Shown one piece after another: positions 1 through 9,586 of a DNA stretch of 64,000 bases. The translations under genes and the position numbers were made by a program. A model generated the notes under the pieces. That model saw only the letters and a program-made list of their open reading frames with translations. It was not told where the DNA came from and made no database searches. The stretch covers positions 448,001 to 512,000 of the forward strand of contig OZ239628.1 of NCBI GenBank assembly GCA_965195345.1, read 5' to 3'. Every line of letters begins with the position of its first letter. Within the stretch, counting starts at the first letter, position 1. This DNA is from an uncultured Thiomicrospira sp. GTDB taxonomy: Bacteria > Pseudomonadota > Gammaproteobacteria > CAKMZV01.

Positions 1-648
1 CAACTCTTGATCGGGCGATAGATGGTTTAGCGATGAGACAATATTCCAACGATCCAACTGAGCGTGGTTCAGTCGATGCGTTCCATGATAAAGGTTATAA
101 ATATTTCCCAACCCAAGCGTGTTTGAAGTGGCAAAAAGGCGAAACTGGGGGTGTGCAGTAATAACCTTGTTGCCATCAGGAAGGGTGAACTTACCATCTG
201 CTTCTAGGAGGCGTTGAATAATGAACATGATTTCAGGTCTTCCTGCATCGTATTCATCAAATATTAATGCCATAGGCTGTTGTAATGCCCAAGGGATTAT
301 TCCCATTTGATATTGAGTAGATGTTTTGCCATCAACAACATTTAAAGTATCCTTGCCAATTAAATCAAGACGGTTGATGTTGCCGTCAAGATTTACTCTC
401 ATGCAAGGCCAGTTCAATCGTGCTGCAACTTGTTCAAGATGGGTGGATTTGCCTGTTCCATGCAAACCTTGAATTAATACGCGACGGTTGTATTCAAAAC
501 CAGCTAAGATGGAAAGTGTTGTTTGATGGTCAAAGTGATACAAATCGTCAATATCAGGGACAAATTCTGAACGTTCTATTAGCGCATTGATCTGCCAATC
601 TGATTCGATATTGAAAGTTTTTTGGACGTTGATTGTTGTTGTTTTCAT
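1..648 (-). CDS. CobS/MoxR-type AAA+ ATPase, runs off the window edge (3' partial)
   Basis: Manual translation: ATG at 648-646 overlaps the pta stop (ATGA); Walker A GLHGTGKST, EQVAARLNWPCMRVNLDG, Walker B LIFDEYDAGRPE, FRLFATSNTLGLG, AQLDRW typical of CobS. Confidence 0.85.
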   Translation of the reverse strand, partial: MKTTTINVQKTFNIESDWQINALIERSEFVPDIDDLYHFDHQTTLSILAGFEYNRRVLIQGLHGTGKSTHLEQVAARLNWPCMRVNLDGNINRLDLIGKDTLNVVDGKTSTQYQMGIIPWALQQPMALIFDEYDAGRPEIMFIIQRLLEADGKFTLPDGNKVITAHPQFRLFATSNTLGLGNIYNLYHGTHRLNHAQLDRWNIVSSLNHLSPDQEL

Positions 649-1628
649 TGGTTTGCTTGTAGCGCAGTCAAAGTGGCTGTTAATAAAACATCTTTTGCTG
701 AACAGCCACGCGAAAGGTCGTTTGCAGGTTGAGCAAGCCCTTGAAGAATAGGTCCTATGGCTAGCGCATTTCCAAACCGTTCGGCAATTTTATAGCCAAT
801 GTTTCCTGCATTTAAATTCGGGAAAATGAGTACGTTGGCGGGATTACTAAGTTGCGGGTTTGAGATTTTTTGTTGAGCCACTGTGGACAAAATTGCTGCG
901 TCAAGCTGAACTTCCCCTTCAATTTCCCAGTCAGGGTGCTGCGTTTTAAGTAATGAGGTCGCTTGTGCAACTTTGTTGACTTCGTCATGTGTGGCGCTTC
1001 CTGCCGTGGAGAAAGAGAGCATTGCAACACGGGGATTTTCAGAAAAAAGTGTTTGATAGTTTAGGGCGCTTGCACTGGCAATTTGTTTTAATTGGTCAAC
1101 ATCCGGATCGACTACAAGCGCGCAGTCGGAGAATATAAATTGCTTTTGTTTCAGCGGGTGGCTGTCAGGTAAGAGCACAATAAAGAAGCTCGAAACCTGA
1201 GAGACATTTTCAGCTGTTCCGATAATTTGCAATGCACCACGGACAACGTCTGGAGTAGTATAACAAGCACCACTCACGCAGCCATCAACAGCGTTTTTTT
1301 TGAGGAGCATGTAACTGTATGTTAGAGGGTCAAGTATGTTCTTTCGAGCATCGTCAAGCGACATTCCTTTGTGTTTTCTAAGGGCGTGTAAATCATTACT
1401 AAACTTGCTTAGATCAGGGGTTTGAGAGGGGTCTATGACTTCAATCTCAGCAGGGACGTGCTGACGAATTCTTGATGAATTACCAACGAGGACAGGCTCG
1501 AATAAGTCAGATTCCCAGCCTTCAATGGAAGCTTCAATGATCCTTAAGTCTTCACCTTCAGCGAAAACAATGCGCTTGGTTGAAGCCTCTTTAACGCGCG
1601 TATAAATTTTTTCTACTGCATCGCCCAC
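645..1628 (-). CDS. pta: Phosphate acetyltransferase (short form)
   Basis: RIVFAEGED, SDCAL, RVAMLSFST, EGEVQLDAA, FPNLNAGNIGYK, GPILQG, DLSRGCS motifs; in taurine cluster. Confidence 0.95.
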   Translation of the reverse strand: MGDAVEKIYTRVKEASTKRIVFAEGEDLRIIEASIEGWESDLFEPVLVGNSSRIRQHVPAEIEVIDPSQTPDLSKFSNDLHALRKHKGMSLDDARKNILDPLTYSYMLLKKNAVDGCVSGACYTTPDVVRGALQIIGTAENVSQVSSFFIVLLPDSHPLKQKQFIFSDCALVVDPDVDQLKQIASASALNYQTLFSENPRVAMLSFSTAGSATHDEVNKVAQATSLLKTQHPDWEIEGEVQLDAAILSTVAQQKISNPQLSNPANVLIFPNLNAGNIGYKIAERFGNALAIGPILQGLAQPANDLSRGCSAKDVLLTATLTALQANQ

Positions 1629-1640
1629 TGTAATTATCGT

Positions 1641-3023
1641 TTAAGGTAGCACATCAAGAAATTGATAATACTGGTAGAACAAGCGTTGGCCAATACGTCT
1701 GAAGGGAGTGAAGAGGTGTTTTTCCAATGGTGTCGTGTATGTTGGCAAATTAGGCATTGGAACGCCTGCAATCATATCAGACATGCGCAACCCTGCATGT
1801 ACGCTGTAAGCAACGCCGTTTCCGCCGTAGCCAAGAGAGTAGAAAATACCACTGTCAGGAGAAAAAATACGAGGCATCATATCATGGCTGACATCAACCC
1901 ATCCCCACCATGAGTAATCAATCTGAATATTTTTAAGTGCAGGAAATTTATTGGCCATACCATTGATCAGTAAATCGTAATGTTTTTTATTGTCTGCATC
2001 ACTACCAGTGATCGCGCTGCGTGTTCCCATCTGTAGTCGGTTATCTGGAAGCAAGCGGTAATAAAATCGCAAATTTCGGGTATCGGTGATAACTAAATTG
2101 GTATGTAATCCTGCCTCACGTATCTCGTTTTCAGTCAGAACACGAGTTACAACCGAGTTTGATAATATTGGCATATACCGGTAAGCAAGCAGTGGGTTGA
2201 GCATGGCACTGGTATAACCGCCAGTAGAAACAGCTACATTTTTAGTCTTAACAATGCCTTTAGGAGTATGCAGGTAATGGATGCCATTTTCACTGTACCA
2301 GTTTGTTACAGGAGAGTGAGGATGAATTTTGACACCGAGGCTACGTGCCGTTTTTGCATAGCCATAAGCCAATTTCAGCGGATGTACACCAACCCCGTAT
2401 GGTTCAAGCATAGCACCAAAACATTGGGCATCATTAACGTATTCGCTACTTACTTCTTGTTGGTCAAGCCACTTGCTTTTTTGCCCATATACGCGGTTAT
2501 GTATTTCAATTTCGGTTTGTATTTTTTCAACGAGCGATTTGCGGTGTGCCAATAATAAATGTCCGTCTCCTTGAGGCTGACAGTCCATTTCAGGTTGATA
2601 CGCCAATTCACGAAACTGCATGTAACCCTCTTTTAGGTCTTCATACATACCAACTGCGATTTCTTCTCCCCAACGAGATACCCACTGGCCAAGTCCGAGC
2701 CTGCCAGATTTGAATTGACCTTGTCCGCCGTTTCTACTAGTACAGCCCCAAGCTAAATGGTTTGCATCTAATACGGTTGCTTTAATACCATGATTCTTTG
2801 CCAAGAACATTGCCGTTGTCAGTCCTGTGAAGCCTGAACCAATAATTACAACGTCTGCATCGACATCGCCATCGATAGGGGGGTCTAATTCAGGAGCTTC
2901 ACCGGCAGTGGCTACCCAATAAGTCGGGGCATAATCTACCCCATTACCGGGGGTTGAGTCAACTAAAGGGTCGTATTTTGGATTATAAGGATGGTTCGCT
3001 GGAGCGCTCATTTGGTCGGACAT
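1641..3023 (-). CDS. tauY: FAD-dependent oxidoreductase, taurine dehydrogenase large subunit (start may be ATG 3011, coupled to tauX)
   Basis: GSGFTGL FAD motif, SRNGG, DAO-family layout, YNPKYDPLV..PTYW N-terminus; adjacent to tauX and tauABC. Confidence 0.85.
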   Translation of the reverse strand: MSDQMSAPANHPYNPKYDPLVDSTPGNGVDYAPTYWVATAGEAPELDPPIDGDVDADVVIIGSGFTGLTTAMFLAKNHGIKATVLDANHLAWGCTSRNGGQGQFKSGRLGLGQWVSRWGEEIAVGMYEDLKEGYMQFRELAYQPEMDCQPQGDGHLLLAHRKSLVEKIQTEIEIHNRVYGQKSKWLDQQEVSSEYVNDAQCFGAMLEPYGVGVHPLKLAYGYAKTARSLGVKIHPHSPVTNWYSENGIHYLHTPKGIVKTKNVAVSTGGYTSAMLNPLLAYRYMPILSNSVVTRVLTENEIREAGLHTNLVITDTRNLRFYYRLLPDNRLQMGTRSAITGSDADNKKHYDLLINGMANKFPALKNIQIDYSWWGWVDVSHDMMPRIFSPDSGIFYSLGYGGNGVAYSVHAGLRMSDMIAGVPMPNLPTYTTPLEKHLFTPFRRIGQRLFYQYYQFLDVLP

Positions 3024-3382
3024 TGTTTGCGAAAAGCATTTTTTGTCGCAATCTTACCATCTTCAAAAGAAAAAATATCACAACCTTGTGCTTCTATACG
3101 GCTGCCGTCGGGGTTGGTTCCAGTAAAAAGCCAATGTGATAGACCGACATCACCACTAGCGAAACAATCTAATGATTTCCAGTGCGCGTCTTTAATGGTA
3201 GCAAAGACCCCTTCAAAAGCAGCGCGAACAGCCTCTTTTCCAGCGATTTCATTGCCGTATGAATGGTCGCCAGCGAGGGTGTAAAAAATACAATCATCGG
3301 TCATCATAGACGCTAGAGCGGCACCGTCATGTTTATTAAATGCGTCGCCGAAGTTGCTCATCAAATCTACATAGTTAGTCAT
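3008..3382 (-). CDS. tauX: SnoaL/NTF2-like protein, taurine dehydrogenase small subunit
   Basis: FNKHD..MTDDCIF..G.EAVRAAF..WLFTGT..GCDIFSF..KNAFRK pattern; directly upstream of the tauY-like gene. Confidence 0.82.
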   Translation of the reverse strand: MTNYVDLMSNFGDAFNKHDGAALASMMTDDCIFYTLAGDHSYGNEIAGKEAVRAAFEGVFATIKDAHWKSLDCFASGDVGLSHWLFTGTNPDGSRIEAQGCDIFSFEDGKIATKNAFRKQCPTK

Positions 3383-3435
3383 TATTTGTTTTCTCCATTA
3401 AAGTAATAAGGTTTTTTTACTAATCGTTGTTCTAA

Positions 3436-4287
3436 TTAATTCTTTCCGCGCCATGGAATGAGCTTTCTTTCTAAGTAACGCATAAACAAATCAATCATAT
3501 AAGCTATCAATCCAATTAAAATGATCCCAAGCACTACAATATCGGTGGAAAGGAATTTACTTGCGACCATTATCATCATGCCTACACCTGCTTCAGCTGC
3601 CACCAATTCTGCGGCGACAACAGTACCCCAACAAACGCCCATACAAACGCGCATTCCTGTAAATATCTCGGGCAGTGCATTTGGAAGAATGACTTTGAAC
3701 AGAATTTGTGTTTTTGTGGCGTTCAATGTGTAAGCGGCGTGAATTTTAGAAATCTTTGTTGCTAGAGCACCAGAGCGTGTCGCCAATGCCATAATCCAAA
3801 TGGCTGCAAGAAACAAAAGGAATACTTTTGCCGACTCTCCAATGCCTAACCAAAGAATGACTAAGGGGATAAGCGCGAGCGGAGGCATAGGGCGGAAAAA
3901 TTCAACGATTGGGTCGAACAATCGATTCATGACGCGCGATAGTGCTAAAGCGAATCCTAGGGGGATGCCAATAGCACAGCCTATTGCAAATCCCATTAAG
4001 ACTCGAAACAAACTCAAACCAATATGCTCAGCTAAAGTAAAGTTTCTGAATCCATCGACAGATATTTTTACAAATTGATCCCATACGGAAGGTATTGATG
4101 GCCAAAATATTGGACTGACCCAACCATATTTCCCAGCTAAAAACCATAAAAACAATAACGAACCAATGGATAAAAAAGTCCACCCTCGAGAGCCTTTAGC
4201 AGCAACCACTGAAGCATCGCCGAATGTGACGGTTTTGCGAGTAGTGTTTGGATCAATAAATCCCAGTTTTATAAGAGTTTTTTTCAT
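3436..4287 (-). CDS. tauC: Taurine ABC transporter permease
   Basis: RPMPPLALIPL, WLGIGE, LPEIFTGMR, AAELVAA motifs of the TauC/SsuC family. Confidence 0.88.
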   Translation of the reverse strand: MKKTLIKLGFIDPNTTRKTVTFGDASVVAAKGSRGWTFLSIGSLLFLWFLAGKYGWVSPIFWPSIPSVWDQFVKISVDGFRNFTLAEHIGLSLFRVLMGFAIGCAIGIPLGFALALSRVMNRLFDPIVEFFRPMPPLALIPLVILWLGIGESAKVFLLFLAAIWIMALATRSGALATKISKIHAAYTLNATKTQILFKVILPNALPEIFTGMRVCMGVCWGTVVAAELVAAEAGVGMMIMVASKFLSTDIVVLGIILIGLIAYMIDLFMRYLERKLIPWRGKN

Positions 4288-5091
4288 TTATGCTTCCTCA
4301 ACTCGTCCCATGATTTCTTCTTCCATGTTCCAAATCATTGATAATATTTCTTCTCTGACATCTACAAAATCACTTTGTTTCTTAATGTCGCGTGTATTCG
4401 TTTTTAGCCCCTGTTCAGCAAAAGGCAGGTTGTATTCCTTTTCAATGCGACCTGGTCGAGGTGCCATTATGAATAGGCGGTTACCCAAAATCATTGCTTC
4501 TTCGACGCTGTGGGTAATCAATACAATTGTTTTTCCAGTCTCTTTCCAAAGTTTCAAAATCAGACCTTGCATTTTTTCACGAGTCAATGCGTCTAAGGCA
4601 CCTAGTGGTTCATCCATTAAAATTAAGTCTGGTTTGTTTGCAAGGCATCTGGCAAGAGCAACACGTTGCTGCATGCCTCCCGATAATTCATATGTTGACT
4701 TTTTACCAAAATTTGAAAGCCCAACTACGTCTAACCACTCTTGAACTAATTTTTTTGTTTGCGCTTTGGGTTTTCCTGACATGTTTGGACCAAACCCTAC
4801 ATTGTCTTCAACACTCAACCACTCAAACAGCGCGCCTTGTTGGAAAACCATTCCACGACTAGGGTCGGGTGATGTGATTTCCTTTTCATTGAAGATCATG
4901 CTGCCCCCAGTGGGGGCAAGAAATCCAGCCAATATGTTGAGCATAGTGGTTTTTCCACAACCAGACGGACCTAATACAGTCAATAGCTCACCCTCTTTAA
5001 GGTCGAAAGAGACGTCTTTCAATGCTTCAACAGTATCACCGTTTGGCAGTTCATAGGTCATAGATAAATTTTTAACTGCTAATCCTTTCAT
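4288..5091 (-). CDS. tauB: Taurine ABC transporter ATP-binding protein
   Basis: GPSGCGKTT, LSGGMQQR, LMDEPLGALDALTRE, ITHSVEEA, PRPGRI. Confidence 0.9.
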   Translation of the reverse strand: MKGLAVKNLSMTYELPNGDTVEALKDVSFDLKEGELLTVLGPSGCGKTTMLNILAGFLAPTGGSMIFNEKEITSPDPSRGMVFQQGALFEWLSVEDNVGFGPNMSGKPKAQTKKLVQEWLDVVGLSNFGKKSTYELSGGMQQRVALARCLANKPDLILMDEPLGALDALTREKMQGLILKLWKETGKTIVLITHSVEEAMILGNRLFIMAPRPGRIEKEYNLPFAEQGLKTNTRDIKKQSDFVDVREEILSMIWNMEEEIMGRVEEA

Positions 5092-5363
5092 ATTATGTGA
5101 TTCCTTTAATAGTTTCCCTTCTGGTCATATTTTTTATATTCTGACCTACAGAGGCAACTCTTTGCAAAGTAAATTTTTTGGAGTTGATGATTGTATTATG
5201 TTTTTTGCGTTACGATAAGTTGGCAATATGCCATCTAAATAGAACCGCTATGGTTGGTTTTTATCATAAAAATCACCTCTATTGCGTTCGCATAAGAACA
5301 AAATTGAACAGCGTTCGAACACATAAAGCTGATTTTTAATCGAGAATTTTTTTGTTTGATTTT

Positions 5364-5399
5364 TACAAAACAAAGGGTGGCAAAATTAATTGCCACCCT
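5364..5399 (-). terminator. Intrinsic terminator/stabilising hairpin after tauA
   Basis: 10-bp stem AGGGTGGCAA/TTGCCACCCT (5374-5399) followed by a T-rich run on the minus strand. Confidence 0.65.
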
Positions 5400-5414
5400 C
5401 AAAGTTTGTTAAAA

Positions 5415-6410
5415 CTATTTCACGTCTGCTAGGACACTATCATCAATTGTACGGCTGTACTCCTCGAGTGTAAGCGCTCTTGGCATTTGATCTTGTTCAA
5501 CAAAGAAGTCGGCAACTTCTTTTGTGAATTCTTGAATTCCACCAAGCATCCATTTAGAACTTAATTGCTCAGAACGCGTGGGAAATCCAAAATTCTTCAA
5601 AGAACCTGCAGTATCTGCTGGGCTCATACCAGCGGCATTAGCAATCGTATCATAAAAACGCTCTGGGTAGCGAAGGTATGATACATTGGCATCTTCAGTA
5701 ATTTGCATAAACTGTCTGATGATTTCAGGGTTTTCTCTTGCAAATTTTCCTGTAACAGAAACGATATCAAAAACTTTTAAGCCAATAGCTTCTTGTTCAG
5801 CACCAGTCATTAGCACTGTTCCATGCTCTTTCATACGCTTTAATGAACCACCGAAGCCACAACCCATATCGATGTCTCCTCTTGCCAAAGCGGCGAAGAC
5901 ATCAGAGTTTTGCATGCTCAAGATTTTCACTTTGCTAGCATCAACACCAAGATGTTTTAGTGTGCGAAGCAATTTATAGTGCGTCACATTACCATTAGGG
6001 CTTCCTACTTTCTTGCCTTCTAATTCCTTAGCATTGGCTTGAGTAATGCCCGTTCCATTGCGTACAACGCAATTGTCACCTTCTGCATAAGTTACTGCAA
6101 CGCCTACGAGCTTTAAATCAACGCCTTTGCTAACCGCAACTACGAAAGGAACAAATCCTTGAGAGAAAGCGATATCAATATCACCAGCGACCATGGCAGC
6201 AGTCATAGCATTGCCATCGGCAAAGGCTCTCCAATTCACTTTCAATCCCATTCTTTTGTCGAAAGTTTCCTCTACTTGAGCAACCTGATTAGGGGTTGGC
6301 CACTCTAGAAAGTAAGCAACGTTCAATTCATCTAATGCGTTTGCAGATAGACTGAAAGACAGCCCAGCAGCAATAACAAGCGATGCGAGCATATTTTTAA
6401 TTTTTAACAT
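5415..6410 (-). CDS. tauA: Taurine ABC transporter substrate-binding protein
   Basis: Signal peptide, VAYFLEWPTPN, NWRAF.DGNAMTAAM; SsuA/TauA-like; cluster context. Confidence 0.85.
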   Translation of the reverse strand: MLKIKNMLASLVIAAGLSFSLSANALDELNVAYFLEWPTPNQVAQVEETFDKRMGLKVNWRAFADGNAMTAAMVAGDIDIAFSQGFVPFVVAVSKGVDLKLVGVAVTYAEGDNCVVRNGTGITQANAKELEGKKVGSPNGNVTHYKLLRTLKHLGVDASKVKILSMQNSDVFAALARGDIDMGCGFGGSLKRMKEHGTVLMTGAEQEAIGLKVFDIVSVTGKFARENPEIIRQFMQITEDANVSYLRYPERFYDTIANAAGMSPADTAGSLKNFGFPTRSEQLSSKWMLGGIQEFTKEVADFFVEQDQMPRALTLEEYSRTIDDSVLADVK

Positions 6411-6688
6411 GTAAGATCCTCTTTTAATTGTAGTACTAATTTAAAAAGCAAAATTTTCTTTGGAATTGAAAGTTTTGCCAAACAGCTAACAATAATATCT
6501 TATTCAAAGGCATTTATGCAAGAGCAATTTGATTATTGTTTGCTTATTCAGTATGATTTTTACAGTAACAGGCTAAATGAGCAATAGAAAGGCAGTAAAA
6601 TGCCGGTAATAAATTTCCTCTGCAAATAACCTAATATGTCTGTTTTAAAGTCAACGTGTTTTGATTTGAATTTTTTGTTTTTTAAGGC

Positions 6689-7603
6689 ATGAAAAAGAAC
6701 TCTGCACACGCATTGCTTTTATTGGCAGGTGTTATTTGGGGTGTCGGTTTCGTTGCCCAAAAAACCTCAATGGATGATGTCGGACCACTTCTTTTTGTGG
6801 GACTACGTTTTCTAATAGCGGCACTCGTAACTTTTCCTCTTGCTTGGATTCAATATAGGCGATTGCAACGCTTGCAATGTGAATTTTCAAGAGTCGATTG
6901 GATGCTAATGACAGTTACTGGGGTTGTCTTTTTTCTGGCAATGACCTTGCAACAGGTGGGATTGCTTTATACAAGCGTTACAAAATCAGGTTTTTTAACA
7001 GGCTTATATGTTGTATTAGTGCCGTTCATCATGTACTTTGTTCTTCGTAGAAAACAAAGCAAATACATCTGGTTTTGTGCTTTCGGGGCTCTAATAGGTA
7101 TTTATTTATTGAATCATAGTCCTGTGGACCGTTTGAATTTTGGAGATTTTTTAACGGTAATATCAGCGATTATGTGGGCTATACACGTTATTTTAATAGG
7201 CAGTTTGTCGCGCAAATTTAATGCGCCTTTCTTTTTCGCTTTCATGCAATTTTTCATAACAGGATTGCTTGGTGTTACGGCTTATGGATTGTTTGCAGGC
7301 GCCTCTTTTGAAATGGTTGCGAACTTAGATGGTTTAAGTGGCGCAATGGTGGAATTGTTGTACACGGCGATTATGGCGGGGGCGATTGCCTTTAGTCTAC
7401 AGATAATCGGACAACGCCATACCACAGAGGCAAATGCTGCGGTTTTACTTTCATCAGAGGCATTGTTTGCTGCATTGTTTTCTATACTGCTGATAAGTGA
7501 ATCGTTATCATTCGTTGGTTACATTGGTTGTGCGATTCTATTTATTTCAGTTGTACTGGTTCAGCTACTGCCTACCAGTAAAGAGATAAAGAATACGACT
7601 TAA
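6689..7603 (+). CDS. DMT/EamA-family transporter
   Basis: IWGVGFVAQK, LQQVGL, GFLTGLYVVLVP; about 10 TM segments in two EamA repeats. Confidence 0.88.
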   Translation: MKKNSAHALLLLAGVIWGVGFVAQKTSMDDVGPLLFVGLRFLIAALVTFPLAWIQYRRLQRLQCEFSRVDWMLMTVTGVVFFLAMTLQQVGLLYTSVTKSGFLTGLYVVLVPFIMYFVLRRKQSKYIWFCAFGALIGIYLLNHSPVDRLNFGDFLTVISAIMWAIHVILIGSLSRKFNAPFFFAFMQFFITGLLGVTAYGLFAGASFEMVANLDGLSGAMVELLYTAIMAGAIAFSLQIIGQRHTTEANAAVLLSSEALFAALFSILLISESLSFVGYIGCAILFISVVLVQLLPTSKEIKNTT

Positions 7604-7780
7604 ACACACACGCTTGCATAAACATAGGGAGTGACTTTTTTGCATTGAGATGGCATCTATTCGTTACAATGGGCGACCTGCATTCTCATGCGCATATTAA
7701 TTCACAATCTAAACGAGGATTTTAATGATAACCTCAAGTGTCTGGATGTGGAACGAAAATAAACACTTAGAAATTTAAGG

Positions 7781-9559
7781 ATGATTAGAATGAGTAAAGT
7801 AAAAATGACGCCAAGTGAGGCTTTTGTTGAAACGATGGTTGCAAATGGGGTGACGGATATTTACGGTATTATGGGTTCTGCGTTTATGGATGCTATGGAT
7901 ATTTTTGCACCAGCTGGTATTCGCTTTATTCCAGTTGTTCATGAGCAGGGTGGGGCGCATATGGCGGATGGTTACTCACGCGTTAGCGGACGTCATGGTG
8001 TGGTCATCGGTCAAAACGGACCCGGTATTAGTAACTGCGTTACAGCGGTAGCAGCCGCATACTGGGCACACAGCCCTGTTGTTATGATTACACCTGAAAC
8101 AGGTACTATGGGGCTTGGACTTGGTGGTTTTCAAGAAGCCAATCAACTACCAATGTTTCAAGAGTTTACCAAGTATCAGGGACACGTGAATAATCCAAAG
8201 CGTATGGCGGAGATTACCGGTCGGTGTTTTGATCGTGCTATGTCTGAGATGGCTCCTTCGCAACTGAATATACCACGCGATTATTTCTACGGTGAAATCG
8301 ACGTTGAAATTCCAAAGCCTCAACGTATTGATCGAGGACATGGTGGCGAACAGTCGTTGCAAGAAGCGGTTGATCTCCTTGCTTCTGCTAAATTTCCAGT
8401 TATTGTTTCAGGCGGTGGAGTGGTATTTGCTGATGGTGTGCAAGAGTGCATCGCATTGGCTGAGCGCTTAGGGGCACCTACTGTCAACAGTTATCTGCAT
8501 AATGATTCTTTCCCTGCAAGTCATCCTTTGTGGTGTGGTCCTCTAGGCTATCAAGGTTCAAAAGCTGGAATGCGTTTGATCTCTAAAGCGGACGTTGTTC
8601 TTGCTTTGGGTTCGCGTCTTGGACCATTTGGAACATTGCCGCAACATGGTATGGACTATTGGCCTCAAAATGCCAAAATTATTCAGGTTGATGCCGATCA
8701 TAAAATGCTTGGATTGGTGAAAAGCATTAATGTTGGAATATGTGGAGATGCGAAAGCAGTCGCTAAAGTATTGGTTGCACGCTTGGCTGATAAAAAACTT
8801 GTTTGTGACGAGTCACGATCTGCACGATCTGAGGAAATAGCGCGTGAAAAGAAATCGTGGGAAGATGAGTTGGATAATTGGACGCATGAAAAAGACGATT
8901 TCAGTCTTGACATGATAAAGGAACAAGGGGGCGAGGCCGGAAACTATTTGCATCCCCGACAAGTATTGCGAGAGTTAGAAAAGGCAATGCCAAAAGATGT
9001 AATGGTATCTACAGATATCGGTAATATCAATTCCGTGGCAAATAGCTATTTGCGTTTTGATCGTCCAAGAAGTTTCTTCGCTGCGATGAGTTTTGGTAAT
9101 TGTGGTTATGCGTTTCCAACGATGATTGGAGCAAAAACGGCAGCGCCTGAACGACCAGCCATATCTTATGCTGGTGATGGTGCATGGGGCATGAGTATGC
9201 AAGAGACTTTTACCTGTGTGCGACATAATATTCCAGTTACCGCTGTTGTTTTCCATAATCGTCAATGGGGCGCGGAAAAGAAAAACCAAGTTGATTTTTA
9301 TAATCGTCGTTTTACTGGTGCCGAGCTTGAAAATGGTTCTTGGGCTGAAGTAGCTAAGGCAATGGGTGCTGAAGGAATTCGGGTTGATCGATTAGAGGAT
9401 GTTGGTCCTGCCTTGAAAAAAGCCATCGATATGCAAATGAATGAGAAAAAAACTTGTATATTGGAGATCATGTGTACCCGTGAATTGGGAGATCCGTTCC
9501 GCCGCGATGCTTTATCAAAGCCTATTCGTTTTCTTGATAAGTATAAAGATTACGTTTAA
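7781..9559 (+). CDS. xsc: Sulfoacetaldehyde acetyltransferase (likely start ATG 7790)
   Basis: MTPSEAFVET, GIMGSAFMDA, HEQG, QNGPGISN, ThDP motif GDGAWG..N, WGAEKKNQ. Confidence 0.96.
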   Translation: MIRMSKVKMTPSEAFVETMVANGVTDIYGIMGSAFMDAMDIFAPAGIRFIPVVHEQGGAHMADGYSRVSGRHGVVIGQNGPGISNCVTAVAAAYWAHSPVVMITPETGTMGLGLGGFQEANQLPMFQEFTKYQGHVNNPKRMAEITGRCFDRAMSEMAPSQLNIPRDYFYGEIDVEIPKPQRIDRGHGGEQSLQEAVDLLASAKFPVIVSGGGVVFADGVQECIALAERLGAPTVNSYLHNDSFPASHPLWCGPLGYQGSKAGMRLISKADVVLALGSRLGPFGTLPQHGMDYWPQNAKIIQVDADHKMLGLVKSINVGICGDAKAVAKVLVARLADKKLVCDESRSARSEEIAREKKSWEDELDNWTHEKDDFSLDMIKEQGGEAGNYLHPRQVLRELEKAMPKDVMVSTDIGNINSVANSYLRFDRPRSFFAAMSFGNCGYAFPTMIGAKTAAPERPAISYAGDGAWGMSMQETFTCVRHNIPVTAVVFHNRQWGAEKKNQVDFYNRRFTGAELENGSWAEVAKAMGAEGIRVDRLEDVGPALKKAIDMQMNEKKTCILEIMCTRELGDPFRRDALSKPIRFLDKYKDYV

Positions 9560-9586
9560 AGACTATTTTAATTATAGTTCGTTGGC

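Noticed and set aside
4166-4744. 192-aa antisense ORF over tauB/tauC and similar antisense ORFs elsewhere (e.g. 42276-42827)
   Set aside because: Antisense shadows of well-supported genes with no motifs of their own
6411-7780. TauR direct-repeat operator
   Set aside because: No repeated CTGGAC-like motif found by eye and no tauR gene in the window
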